Assembly: GCA_000987045.1 (NCBI GenBank)
Contig: LAKY01000049.1
Coordinates: 37,735 to 101,734, forward strand
Length of the DNA: 64,000 bases
Direction: 5' to 3'
Source of the DNA: Clostridiales bacterium PH28_bin88
GTDB lineage: Bacteria > Bacillota > PH28-bin88
The position numbers and the translations under genes were made by a program. Below the pieces are notes generated by a model, which was not told the origin of the DNA, did no database searches, and worked only from the letters and a program-made list of their open reading frames with translations. This document shows positions 48,046-55,788 of the stretch, one piece after another; positions within the stretch are counted from its first letter, which is position 1, and each line of letters starts with the position of its first letter.

Positions 48046-49751
48046 GCACCCCCGTATACCGCGTCCAGTTCTTCTTCCGGAACGTCAAACACCGTCTCGT
48101 GGGGGTGCAGCCTCTCTTCCCCGAAGAACTCGGGCAGCCGGTCGTGAGCCCGGTCAAACCCCGCCCGCCGGTTGAAGCCCCTTTCCACTTCAATCACTCG
48201 AGCGCTTACGGCTTCCAGGTCCCCGGTCGTCCACTCCCGCCCGGTGAAGCCGCTCAGCAGTTCCGCAATTAGGCGCCGGTCTTCCAGGAAGGGTGCCCGG
48301 GTAAACCAGCAGAGGCCCAGGGTATCGAAGAGGGCGTGGGCCAGGCCGAAGAAGCGGGCGTACTCCCGCTGTCCCCCGGCCCCCAGGGGGTCTACCTTGC
48401 CCCCCAGGCCGTTGCCGTTGGTGTGGTCCGCCCCCATGGGAGACGTGGCGTAGGTGACGCCGGCCCCCTTCAAGGCCCTGGGGTCGTAGGCGGCCATACT
48501 CTGGCCCTTGACCACCGGCACCCGCCGCACCCCCAGCACCCGGCCGGTGATGGCGGCACCCTGGCCCAGGATCTTTCCCAGGTAGGTGCCCTGGACCATC
48601 TCCTCGATGAGTTCCCGCATCCCGCGGGAGTCGCCGAAGGGCAGCACGCCGGCCTCCATGGCTACCGCCAGGGCGGCCCCCACCTCCATGGTGTCCAGGC
48701 CCAAGTCGTCGCACAGTCGGTCCATGGCGGCGATGGCGTCCAGGTCGTCCACCCCGCAGTTGGACCCCAGCATGCCGATGGTCTCGTATTCCAACCCGGA
48801 GGTCAGGTAGCGCCCTGCCGCGTCGTTGTATACGTTGGAACACCTGATGATGCAGCCCGGGTGGCAGGGGTGGCCGGCTACGCCGCCCCGCTCCCTGACC
48901 AGCCGGAGAAAGGTGTCCCCGTTGATGCGGGAAGCCCCTTCGAACCGGCCGGTAGAATAGTTGCGGGTGGGCAGTGCGCCCGCTTCGTTGACAATATCCA
49001 CCAGGGCGGTGGTGCCGTAGGTAGGTAGGACCTTGGCGGTGGTGGGGTTGGTCCTCAAGGCGCTCACGAAACCCCGAAGCGCCTCCCGGAACCTTTCCGG
49101 GTCGCGGGGAGCTACCTGGCCGGGGGAGGGCTTGTCCAGCACAACGGCCTTGATCCCCTTGGACCCCAGGACGGCCCCCATTCCGCCCCTGCCCGCGTGG
49201 CGGGAGGGCTGGCCCTCGGTGTTGGTGACCGCCACACTGGCCAGGGGCAGCATCCGCTCGCCGGCAGGCCCGATGGAGATGACGGAAACCTGCCGGCCGT
49301 ACCACTCACGCAGGGCGGCGACCAGGTCGTAGTTGCCCAGCCCCACCAGGTCTCCGGCCGGCTCCAGCCTGGCCCCCTCCGGGGATATATATAAAAGATG
49401 CCAGTGCCCCGGCTCCGGGGAACCCGCAAAAACCACCGCCCGGTAACCCAGGCGCGCCAGCCGCTGGCCGGCGGTACCCCCCACATTGCTCTCCTTGATG
49501 GTCCCGGTAAGGGGGCTCTTCCCGCCCACGGAAAGCCGGCCGGAGCAGGGCACGGCGGACCCGGTCAACAGGCCGGGGGCGATGACCACCTTGTTGTGCC
49601 GGCCCAGGGGGTGGGCGGTTGGAGGCACTTCCCGGGCCACCAGGCGGGAGGCCAACCCCCGCCCTCCCAGGTGTTCCCATTCCGCGTCCAGGGGGTGGCT
49701 GGTTATGTTGCCTTTCTCTGTATTTACTCTTAATACCTGCAAAGAACTCAA
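48042..49751 (-). CDS. aor: Aldehyde:ferredoxin oxidoreductase (tungstopterin AOR family)
   Basis: N-terminus LRVNTEKGNITSHPL..., GGRGLASRL, and a 4Fe-4S ligand region. About 570 aa. The real start is probably the TTG at 49742 (GGGGG-N9). Confidence 0.8.
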   Translation of the reverse strand: MSSLQVLRVNTEKGNITSHPLDAEWEHLGGRGLASRLVAREVPPTAHPLGRHNKVVIAPGLLTGSAVPCSGRLSVGGKSPLTGTIKESNVGGTAGQRLARLGYRAVVFAGSPEPGHWHLLYISPEGARLEPAGDLVGLGNYDLVAALREWYGRQVSVISIGPAGERMLPLASVAVTNTEGQPSRHAGRGGMGAVLGSKGIKAVVLDKPSPGQVAPRDPERFREALRGFVSALRTNPTTAKVLPTYGTTALVDIVNEAGALPTRNYSTGRFEGASRINGDTFLRLVRERGGVAGHPCHPGCIIRCSNVYNDAAGRYLTSGLEYETIGMLGSNCGVDDLDAIAAMDRLCDDLGLDTMEVGAALAVAMEAGVLPFGDSRGMRELIEEMVQGTYLGKILGQGAAITGRVLGVRRVPVVKGQSMAAYDPRALKGAGVTYATSPMGADHTNGNGLGGKVDPLGAGGQREYARFFGLAHALFDTLGLCWFTRAPFLEDRRLIAELLSGFTGREWTTGDLEAVSARVIEVERGFNRRAGFDRAHDRLPEFFGEERLHPHETVFDVPEEELDAVYGGA

Positions 49752-49777
49752 CCCCCTTTGCTCAGAATTCAGCTACG

Positions 49778-49913
49778 CCATGGGGACGGTTCCATCGTCT
49801 CCCCGATTAAGGAATGGGGACACACCTGCTGAAGCCCGGGCTGGTCTTTTGGGACAGGAATGTCCCCAACTAAGCTTCGCTACGTTTCGGGGACGCTCGA
49901 ACCGTCCCCATGG
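49778..49913 (+). repeat. GGGGAC-hairpin palindromic element, full form, inside the operon
   Basis: CCATGGGGACGGTTCCATCG...GGGGACGCTCGAACCGTCCCCATGG. Near-identical to 24743-24877. Confidence 0.95.
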
Positions 49914-49945
49914 CTCCGCTTACTTTTACCAAACCGTTCTCTCAT

Positions 49946-49965
49946 TCTGACTCCTGACTCCTGAA
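49946..49965. repeat. Tandem heptamers (minus strand TCAGGAG)
   Basis: tctgactcctgactcctgaa, directly after the stop of 49966-51150. Confidence 0.8.
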
Positions 49966-51150
49966 TCAGGATGCTTCCTGCCTGGTTTGAAAACGGGTAA
50001 TGCTGAAGGGCCGCAGGGTTTCCGGCACCTGCCCGGCGGCCAGGCACTCCGCCATCAGCATCCCGGTAACCGGCGCCAGGGCAACCCCGTCTCCCTCGTG
50101 GCCGGCGGCCATGTAGAAACCTTTGATCTCCGGCACCGGGCCCAGGATGGGCAGGCCGTCGGGGGTGTAGGGCCTGAGGCCCGCAAAGGTACGGATCAGG
50201 TTGATGTGCTTGATGGCCGGCACCAGCCGGACGGCGTTGGTGGCGATAGCGGTGAGGGCGCCGTAGGTGGTACCGCGATCGTACCCCACGAACTCCCGGG
50301 TAGCCCCGATGAGGAGGTTGCCGCTGTGGGTCTGGCCGAGGGAAAGCCCCACCCCCATCCGGGCGGCCTTGCCCGTGGCCCTGGCCACCAGAGCCGGGTT
50401 GTGCTTGGCCACAATGTACTTGGCGCTCAAGATGTCCCCGTGGATGAGTTTGGGCACCGGTTCCGACACCAGGATCTGGCCCCGGCGGGGTTTGATGGGG
50501 ATCTCCAGCCCCACCATGCGGCCCACTTCGGGGGCATAGGCCCCGGCGCAGTTAACCACCTGCCGGGCCCGGATTTCGCCCCGGTCGGTAACCACCCCGG
50601 TTACCCGGCCCTGCTCCGTCAGGATGCCGGTAACATTGGTCCCCAGGGCGATCCGGGCGCCCAGCCGGCGGGCGGCCCGGGCAAAGGCCAGGGTGAGGTT
50701 GATGGGGTTCACCTCAGCGTCCATGGCGCTGTGGGTAGCGCCTACGATGTGCCGGCTCAGGGCAGGCTGGCGCGTGAGCGCCTCCTCCCTGTCCAGCAGG
50801 TCCACCGAGAGGCCAATCTCTTGCTGGCGGCGGACAAAATCCCGCATTACCGCCAGTTCTTCTTCGGTCTCGATGACGATCATGCCGCCGTCCCGGGAGT
50901 ATTCCAGGTCCGCACCCAGTTCATCCCCCAGAGCCGGGTAGATGGCGGCGCTTTTCAGGGCCAGCTGCAGGTGCAGGCCCGGGTTTTTGGACTGGAGGAT
51001 GACCGCCTTGTCGCACGCCCCGGAGGAACCAGCGGCCAGGTCGGCCCTCTCTACCAGCAGCACCTCGCGGCCCTGCCTGGCCAGGTAGTAAGCGATGGAG
51101 GTGCCGATGGCCCCACCGCCGATGATCACTGTTTCCGCAGCCGTCATCAC
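49966..51150 (-). CDS. FAD-dependent oxidoreductase, DAO family (beta/HcnC/OoxB-like subunit)
   Basis: VIIGGGAIGTSIAYYLARQGREVLLVE is a dinucleotide fold. The length and C-terminal HEGDG region are typical of sarcosine-oxidase-beta, proline-dehydrogenase-beta or HcnC proteins. Confidence 0.8.
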   Translation of the reverse strand: MMTAAETVIIGGGAIGTSIAYYLARQGREVLLVERADLAAGSSGACDKAVILQSKNPGLHLQLALKSAAIYPALGDELGADLEYSRDGGMIVIETEEELAVMRDFVRRQQEIGLSVDLLDREEALTRQPALSRHIVGATHSAMDAEVNPINLTLAFARAARRLGARIALGTNVTGILTEQGRVTGVVTDRGEIRARQVVNCAGAYAPEVGRMVGLEIPIKPRRGQILVSEPVPKLIHGDILSAKYIVAKHNPALVARATGKAARMGVGLSLGQTHSGNLLIGATREFVGYDRGTTYGALTAIATNAVRLVPAIKHINLIRTFAGLRPYTPDGLPILGPVPEIKGFYMAAGHEGDGVALAPVTGMLMAECLAAGQVPETLRPFSITRFQTRQEAS

Positions 51151-51428
51151 TCATCGTCTCCTTCCAGGAGAATGCCTATGGGGATGGTCCGCACCGGCGG
51201 GCGGCTGGTGGGCGGCAGCAGGTCCTCCACCTTTTGCCCGGTGGCCCCCGCCAGGATACCGGCTACCTGCTTGCGGCAGGTGCGGCCCTGGCACAGGCCC
51301 ATGCCGGCCCGGGTACGGCGCTTGACCCCGTTCAGGGTGACTGCGCCGTCGGCGACGGCTTCTTCTATCTCCCGCCGGGAGACTTCCTCGCAGCGGCAGA
51401 TGATTATCTCCTTATTCACGAGTTGCAC
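51147..51428 (-). CDS. BFD-like (2Fe-2S)-binding small subunit
   Basis: IIICRCEEVSRREIEEAV...RTRAGMGLCQGRTC. Confidence 0.75.
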   Translation of the reverse strand: MQLVNKEIIICRCEEVSRREIEEAVADGAVTLNGVKRRTRAGMGLCQGRTCRKQVAGILAGATGQKVEDLLPPTSRPPVRTIPIGILLEGDDE

Positions 51429-51931
51429 CTCCCCAGCCTGGCCATAGACCGGACCTGATCGGCGAACTCGCGGGGTACCGCCAGGGAAACCACCGCGGTG
51501 CCGTCGTTCCTGTCGGGTTTTCTCACCTTGATCACTTTACCGCCGGTGACCACCCGGCCGCCCCGGTCGGTGGCCTGTACCTCGTCCCCCTCGCGGGGAA
51601 GAGGCAGGTACTCGTAGGGGAAGGACACCAGGGCCTGCCCGTCCCCGTGGTTGTAGTCCACCTGGAAGATGGCCAGCCCGGGGCAGGCCGGTATGCAGGC
51701 GCCGCAGCCGGTGCACTTCTCCTCGTCCAGCCGGGGCAGCCCGGTGATGGGAACACCCACCCGGATGGCTCCCCGGGGGCAGGAGTACTCGCAGGGGTTG
51801 CACGGGATCTCCTGGACGCATTCAATCACCGCCACCGGCCCCCGCTCCAGCCGCCCGGGGCTGGGCCTCCCGGGGCACCGGGACAGTTCTTCCGCTGAGG
51901 GTTCACCTGTATAGACAATGCCTGACTTCAT
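51416..51931 (-). CDS. 4Fe-4S dicluster ferredoxin-like subunit
   Basis: I prefer the start MKSGIVYTG at 51931 (ATGA overlap with the upstream stop). Motifs CNPCEYSCP and CTGCGACIPACP. The longer track ORF to 52336 is an Arg/Gly-rich artefact. Confidence 0.75.
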   Translation of the reverse strand: MKSGIVYTGEPSAEELSRCPGRPSPGRLERGPVAVIECVQEIPCNPCEYSCPRGAIRVGVPITGLPRLDEEKCTGCGACIPACPGLAIFQVDYNHGDGQALVSFPYEYLPLPREGDEVQATDRGGRVVTGGKVIKVRKPDRNDGTAVVSLAVPREFADQVRSMARLGRCNS

Positions 51932-53019
51932 GCCTGACACCTCGCCTTGATCAGTTCCTGCTTGGCGTCCTGCCGGTGCTGCCCGAAGGGGCCGGTCCGC
52001 AGGGCCGCCAGTCTCTCGAGAACGGCTGTCTTTTTCTCCGCGGCCCGCTCCGGCGGGCAGCAGCCCAGGGCTTCCGCCGCGGCCACCCCGGCCAGCCGGC
52101 CTTCTTCCATGGCGGAGGAAGCCTCTTCCACGCCGGTGATGTCTCCGGCCACGTAGATGCCCTTGACGGTGGTCTCCATGTTCCCGTCGTGCAGGGGCAC
52201 GTGCCCGCCCAGTTTGGGGATGTAGGCAAAACGGCAGCCCGCCATCCAGGCCATTTCCGCCAGGGGGGTCAACCCTACCGCCAGGCAGACGGTGTCCACT
52301 TCCAGGGTTTTTTCGGTGCCGGGTACGGGGCGGCACCCCTCGTCCAGTTCCACGATGGTGGCGCTCTCCACTTCTTGGGAGCCGGACACCTCCCGGACAG
52401 TGTGAGAGGTAAGGATGGGCACGCCCGCCCGGCGTACCTTGGCGGCGTGCACCCCGTAGCCGCTGATGTGCGGCGCCGCCTCCACCAGGGCGACCACGTC
52501 AGCCCCCGCCTGCATCAACTGGTAGGAAACAATCAAACCCACGTTGCCCGATCCCACCATCAGCACCCGCCGGCCGGGCAGCACCCGGTGCAGGTTGATC
52601 AGGGTCTGGGCCGCCCCGGCGGTCATCACCCCCGGCAGGGTGGAACCGGGGAAGGAAAGGGCGTTCTCCGACGCCCCGGTGGCCAGGATCAGGGCCCCTG
52701 CCTGGTACAGGCTGCTGGCCATGTTTTCCATCACCGCCAGCTGCCTGTGCTGGTACAGCCCGTAGACGGTGGCGTTCAGGTGAACGTCCACCCCCAGCCT
52801 CCTGGTTTCCGCCAACAGATCTTCTCCTATCTTGAAACCCCTAGTCCCGGCCTGGTGTTCCCGGGAACCGAAGAACTTGTGGATCTGCTTGAAGAGCTGC
52901 CCTCCCGGCAGTCCGTTCTCGTCAAACACCGTCACCCGGGCCCCCGCCGCCGCGGCCTCGATGGCCGCCGCCAGCCCCGCCGGACCCGCGCCTACCACGG
53001 CAACCTGGATGTTTTTCAC
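51928..53019 (-). CDS. NAD(P)/FAD-dependent oxidoreductase (alpha/HcnB/OoxA-like subunit)
   Basis: VAVVGAGPAGLAAAIEAAAAGARVTVFDE plus a second dinucleotide fold VLMVGSGNVGL. Confidence 0.8.
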   Translation of the reverse strand: MKNIQVAVVGAGPAGLAAAIEAAAAGARVTVFDENGLPGGQLFKQIHKFFGSREHQAGTRGFKIGEDLLAETRRLGVDVHLNATVYGLYQHRQLAVMENMASSLYQAGALILATGASENALSFPGSTLPGVMTAGAAQTLINLHRVLPGRRVLMVGSGNVGLIVSYQLMQAGADVVALVEAAPHISGYGVHAAKVRRAGVPILTSHTVREVSGSQEVESATIVELDEGCRPVPGTEKTLEVDTVCLAVGLTPLAEMAWMAGCRFAYIPKLGGHVPLHDGNMETTVKGIYVAGDITGVEEASSAMEEGRLAGVAAAEALGCCPPERAAEKKTAVLERLAALRTGPFGQHRQDAKQELIKARCQA

Positions 53020-53336
53020 GCGCTGTCACCCCACCGTCCCAGGCCCAGTTGGGTCTCGATGACCATGCCGCCGCGCACCGGGGTGACGCAGGTCCGCACG
53101 TTGGGAACCCCGTCCACCGTCATCATGCAGTCGGTGCAGCGGCCGATACCGCAAAAGACACCCCTGGGTTCTCCTTTTTTGTGAGTGCGGCGGAACACCC
53201 GGATGCCCGCCGCCATTAACGCGGCGGCAATGGGCTCTCCCTCGTAGGCCTCGACAGGACGCCGGTCAACGGTAATGGTTACTCTGGTCCGTTCTGCAGG
53301 TAGTGCGCCCAATACTGGATGGTCTGTTACCCGCAC
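53016..53336 (-). CDS. (2Fe-2S)-binding small subunit (HcnA / sarcosine-oxidase-alpha N-terminal type)
   Basis: GTG start at 53336, 10 nt after AAAGGAGG. Motif GVFCGIGRCTDCMMTVDGVPNVRTC. The track extension to 53756 has non-coding character. Confidence 0.75.
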   Translation of the reverse strand: MRVTDHPVLGALPAERTRVTITVDRRPVEAYEGEPIAAALMAAGIRVFRRTHKKGEPRGVFCGIGRCTDCMMTVDGVPNVRTCVTPVRGGMVIETQLGLGRWGDSA

Positions 53337-53407
53337 GACAAGTGCGCCTCCTTTTAGCGTGTTGAGCAGTATAATTTGCTTTGTTACGACAAGCGTGTAT
53401 TTCTTAT

Positions 53408-53423
53408 TGCAAGATCCGTTCCA
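53408..53423 (-). promoter_or_regulatory. Sigma-54 (-24/-12) promoter
   Basis: The minus strand reads TGGAACGGATCTTGCA, against the consensus TGGCACG-N4-TTGCA. GG and GC have the exact spacing. It lies about 72 nt upstream of the GTG at 53336. Confidence 0.7.
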
Positions 53424-53542
53424 CGGCCTGCTGAGAGGGCAAATAAAAATACCAGGGCCCCTGGGAGCCTGGTATGACTGGCTCGGCCTGGTTGGCGGCA
53501 ATTGCCGGCCCAGTCCTCTCCGGTTGTTCCCGGTCGGCCTAT

Positions 53543-53557
53543 TTCCGATTTTCGGAA
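53543..53557. promoter_or_regulatory. Palindromic candidate enhancer (UAS) site 1
   Basis: TTCCGA-ttt-TCGGAA perfect inverted repeat, about 125 nt upstream of the sigma-54 promoter. Confidence 0.5.
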
Positions 53558-53599
53558 CTATCCGGGTACCCACCCCACTATACCACGCGACTGTTATCA

Positions 53600-53614
53600 T
53601 TCCGATAATCGGAA
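53600..53614. promoter_or_regulatory. Palindromic candidate enhancer (UAS) site 2
   Basis: TTCCGA-taa-TCGGAA. A third partial site, GATTATCGGAA, is at about 53624-53634. Confidence 0.5.
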
Positions 53615-53735
53615 ATATATTATGATTATCGGAAAAGGGCATCAGGGGGTACCCCCTCAACAACCCACACGGATCAAGAAAAAATAATCTGCAAAATGGG
53701 ATTGAAAGCTGAAGGAAAAAGGTTATAATATAAGC

Positions 53736-53861
53736 AAAGGGAAGGTGGTTACACACCCTCCCCGGCTTTGGGCAATGCGGCCCGGAGCACCAAACTCCAT
53801 TTGTGGTCTATTTACTGCGGGAAGAAGGACGTTTTGAGCGGAACGTCCTTCTTCTTTTTTT
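53736..53861 (+). ncRNA. Candidate about 125-nt small RNA (antitoxin-like, locus L3)
   Basis: TTGAAA-16-TATAAT at 53702-53729. Strong terminator GAAGAAGGACGTT-N8-AACGTCCTTCTTC plus T7 at 53821-53861. No convincing ORF. It overlaps the 3-prime 54 nt of the minus-strand small ORF. Confidence 0.45.
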
Positions 53862-53942
53862 CGCCCCGTTTCCGGAACGCCGGATCAAAGCCACAATAAC
53901 CTGGAAAACCCCAGTAATTATCGCGGCAGCGATTTGCGTCAT
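53808..53942 (-). CDS. 44-aa hydrophobic peptide with a highly basic tail (candidate type-I toxin, locus L3)
   Basis: GGAGG-N9-ATG at 53942; MTQIAAAIITGVFQVIVALIRRSGNGAKKRRRTFRSKRPSSRSK. An upstream CTTCCTCCTCTCTCCC (plus-strand coordinates 54011-54026) can sequester the SD. Promoter TGGTCA-17-TATAAT at 54076-54081 / 54053-54058. Confidence 0.4.
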   Translation of the reverse strand: MTQIAAAIITGVFQVIVALIRRSGNGAKKRRRTFRSKRPSSRSK

Positions 53943-54140
53943 AGGCCACCACCTCCTCTCCCCACAACTCCGAAGTACCGCCATACTCCGGGCTGCGCAC
54001 TGCCCCACGCGGGAGAGAGGAGGAAGCCGGAGGAAACATATTCCTAAAAAGCATTATAACCTATCCTTAAGATGGTGACCAGAGTAAAAATTGAAACACG
54101 CTTATAGGGCGGCTTGAAAGGCATCGTTTCCTGAACGGGC

Positions 54141-54175
54141 TAAAAACACGAATGCCGCGGTTTTTTGCCGCGGCG
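54141..54175 (-). terminator. Probable terminator of the saccharopine-dehydrogenase-like gene
   Basis: The minus strand reads GCCGCGGC-aaaaaa-CCGCGGC followed by ATTCGTGTTTTT. Confidence 0.55.
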
Positions 54176-54316
54176 CCCGTGCCCTTAGGTTAATTGCTTT
54201 GGTTAAAAGCAATCATACTACTAGTTCTACCCCTCGGCCGAATCTCCTGCCTGTCCACAGTGGTAATTTCTTATTATCTTGGGAAGACGCAGGGGCAAAT
54301 GACGACGTGGAAGAGG

Positions 54317-55429
54317 TTACTTAAGCCCCTGGGTACAGTGCACGTTGATGTTCCGTTCGGCCAGGGCGGCGATAAAGGCGTCAGGATCCACCGCCCCGGG
54401 AGCCTCGGGGGCGAAGACTCCCGCCCGCCGGATCTGGCCCCGGCCCAGCATCAGCGCGCCGATGGCCAGGGGCACCCCGGTAAGATTGTTCATGTGGTCA
54501 GCGGCCTGGTAAACCAGGTGCTGTGATTGGCCGGCCCGCTCGCCCTTGATATCCACCCGGATGCCCGAAATGGGCACACCCGGTTTGCCGACTTTCTCCA
54601 GGGCCGGCAGGATGGTCTTGATTATCTTGCCGACCACCTGTTTCTTGCGGCGGGTGTTGGTCAGCCGGAGGCGGGCGATGGCCACTGCCAGGCTGTTCAA
54701 GAACTCTTCCGTAAGCCCGCCCTTCAGGGTGACTGTTTTGACTCCGGGAATATAGCGGGGAAGGGTGACCGGTTCGGGGTGGCCCAGGTGAAACATGGAT
54801 ACCCGGCCCAGGGGCTCGATAAACTCCACCCGCTCCTTGCCGCTGCCCGCCGCTACCCGCACCTGCCGGCCGCCAGTAAAGCTGGGGACCTGCCCGGTAA
54901 AGATGTGGATGGTGTGCAGGACCACCGCAAATCCGGTGGAATCGGCGGAGGCTCCGGCCCAGTAGATATTGATCTCGTCCACCCGGTCCAACTGGTCTGC
55001 TCCTTTGCGGGCCAGCACGTTGCTAAGACCGGGCGTCCACCCCATGCCGGTCAGTACCTTGACCCCCAGTTCCCCGGCCCGCCCGTCCAGCGGCAGGATG
55101 CTTTCCACCGCGTCGTAGTCGTCGCAGATGCTGGTGTAGTTGACCCGGGCCTCCAAAGCGGCCTCCACCATCACCTTTTCGTACCTGTAAAAGGGACCGA
55201 TGGCGCCGGCGGCCACATCGTGACCGCGCATCGCCTCCACCAGGGTGCGGGGTTGGTTGGCATCCACCTGAACTACCTTGACCTTCTCCCCCGACTCCGA
55301 GGCAAGCTTCCTGGCGGCGGCTAGGTTAAGGTCGGCGATGGTCAACTCCGTCACTTCCGGCTGGCGCGCCAGGTCCCGCACCGCCCGGCTGCCCATGTCC
55401 CCCGCCCCGCCCAGTACCACGACTTTCAT
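54317..55429 (-). CDS. Saccharopine dehydrogenase family NAD(P)-binding enzyme
   Basis: MKVVVLGGAGDMGSRAVRDLARQPEV N-terminal Rossmann fold. The 370-aa length and C-terminal domain pattern fit the Sacchrp_dh family. Confidence 0.7.
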   Translation of the reverse strand: MKVVVLGGAGDMGSRAVRDLARQPEVTELTIADLNLAAARKLASESGEKVKVVQVDANQPRTLVEAMRGHDVAAGAIGPFYRYEKVMVEAALEARVNYTSICDDYDAVESILPLDGRAGELGVKVLTGMGWTPGLSNVLARKGADQLDRVDEINIYWAGASADSTGFAVVLHTIHIFTGQVPSFTGGRQVRVAAGSGKERVEFIEPLGRVSMFHLGHPEPVTLPRYIPGVKTVTLKGGLTEEFLNSLAVAIARLRLTNTRRKKQVVGKIIKTILPALEKVGKPGVPISGIRVDIKGERAGQSQHLVYQAADHMNNLTGVPLAIGALMLGRGQIRRAGVFAPEAPGAVDPDAFIAALAERNINVHCTQGLK

Positions 55430-55710
55430 ATCCGCTTTTTCCTCCCCTCCGGTTGTTTTATGTTCCGCCTATGAGCCTCCCTCCCGGCTGCCCTGCATTA
55501 ACAGCCGGCTGAAAATCCTGGATACCTGTCTCAGCTCTGGAGCAGCCATCTTAATAAAAAGGCACCGGAGCTGTCATCCCGGTACCTACACCATATAATT
55601 TAGTCTCATAGTCGGTTGCTCCTTGCTTATCTGTTTTTAGAACTCACCAAATCTTGGTATTATTATATCACAATTACATTCCCCGGCAAACAGGTTTATA
55701 CCCTCTAAAG

Positions 55711-55753
55711 AAAAAAGCCGGGTGACTCTGCTGTTAGAGCACCTGGCTTTTTC
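55711..55753. terminator. Bidirectional-looking terminator after atpC
   Basis: AAAAAAGCCGGGTG...CACCTGGCTTTTTC: a stem flanked by A6 and T5. Confidence 0.7.
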
Positions 55754-55788
55754 TTTAAAATATTACCTTATAACCTTCCGGTTTATAA

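Noticed and set aside
51932-52336. N-terminal 135-aa extension of the 4Fe-4S subunit ORF
   Set aside because: It overlaps the upstream gene in another frame and is Arg/Gly/Pro-rich. An ATG with a 4-nt ATGA overlap at 51931 gives a sensible start.
49987-53184. 486-aa and 402-aa plus-strand ORFs across the flavoprotein operon
   Set aside because: They are antisense to five genes with clear cofactor-binding motifs. Their composition is dominated by G, R, P and H.
53337-53756. N-terminal extension of the 2Fe-2S subunit ORF (track ORF 53016-53756)
   Set aside because: The extension covers the sigma-54 promoter and the UAS palindromes. It has non-coding character, and a GTG with AAAGGAGG lies at 53336.
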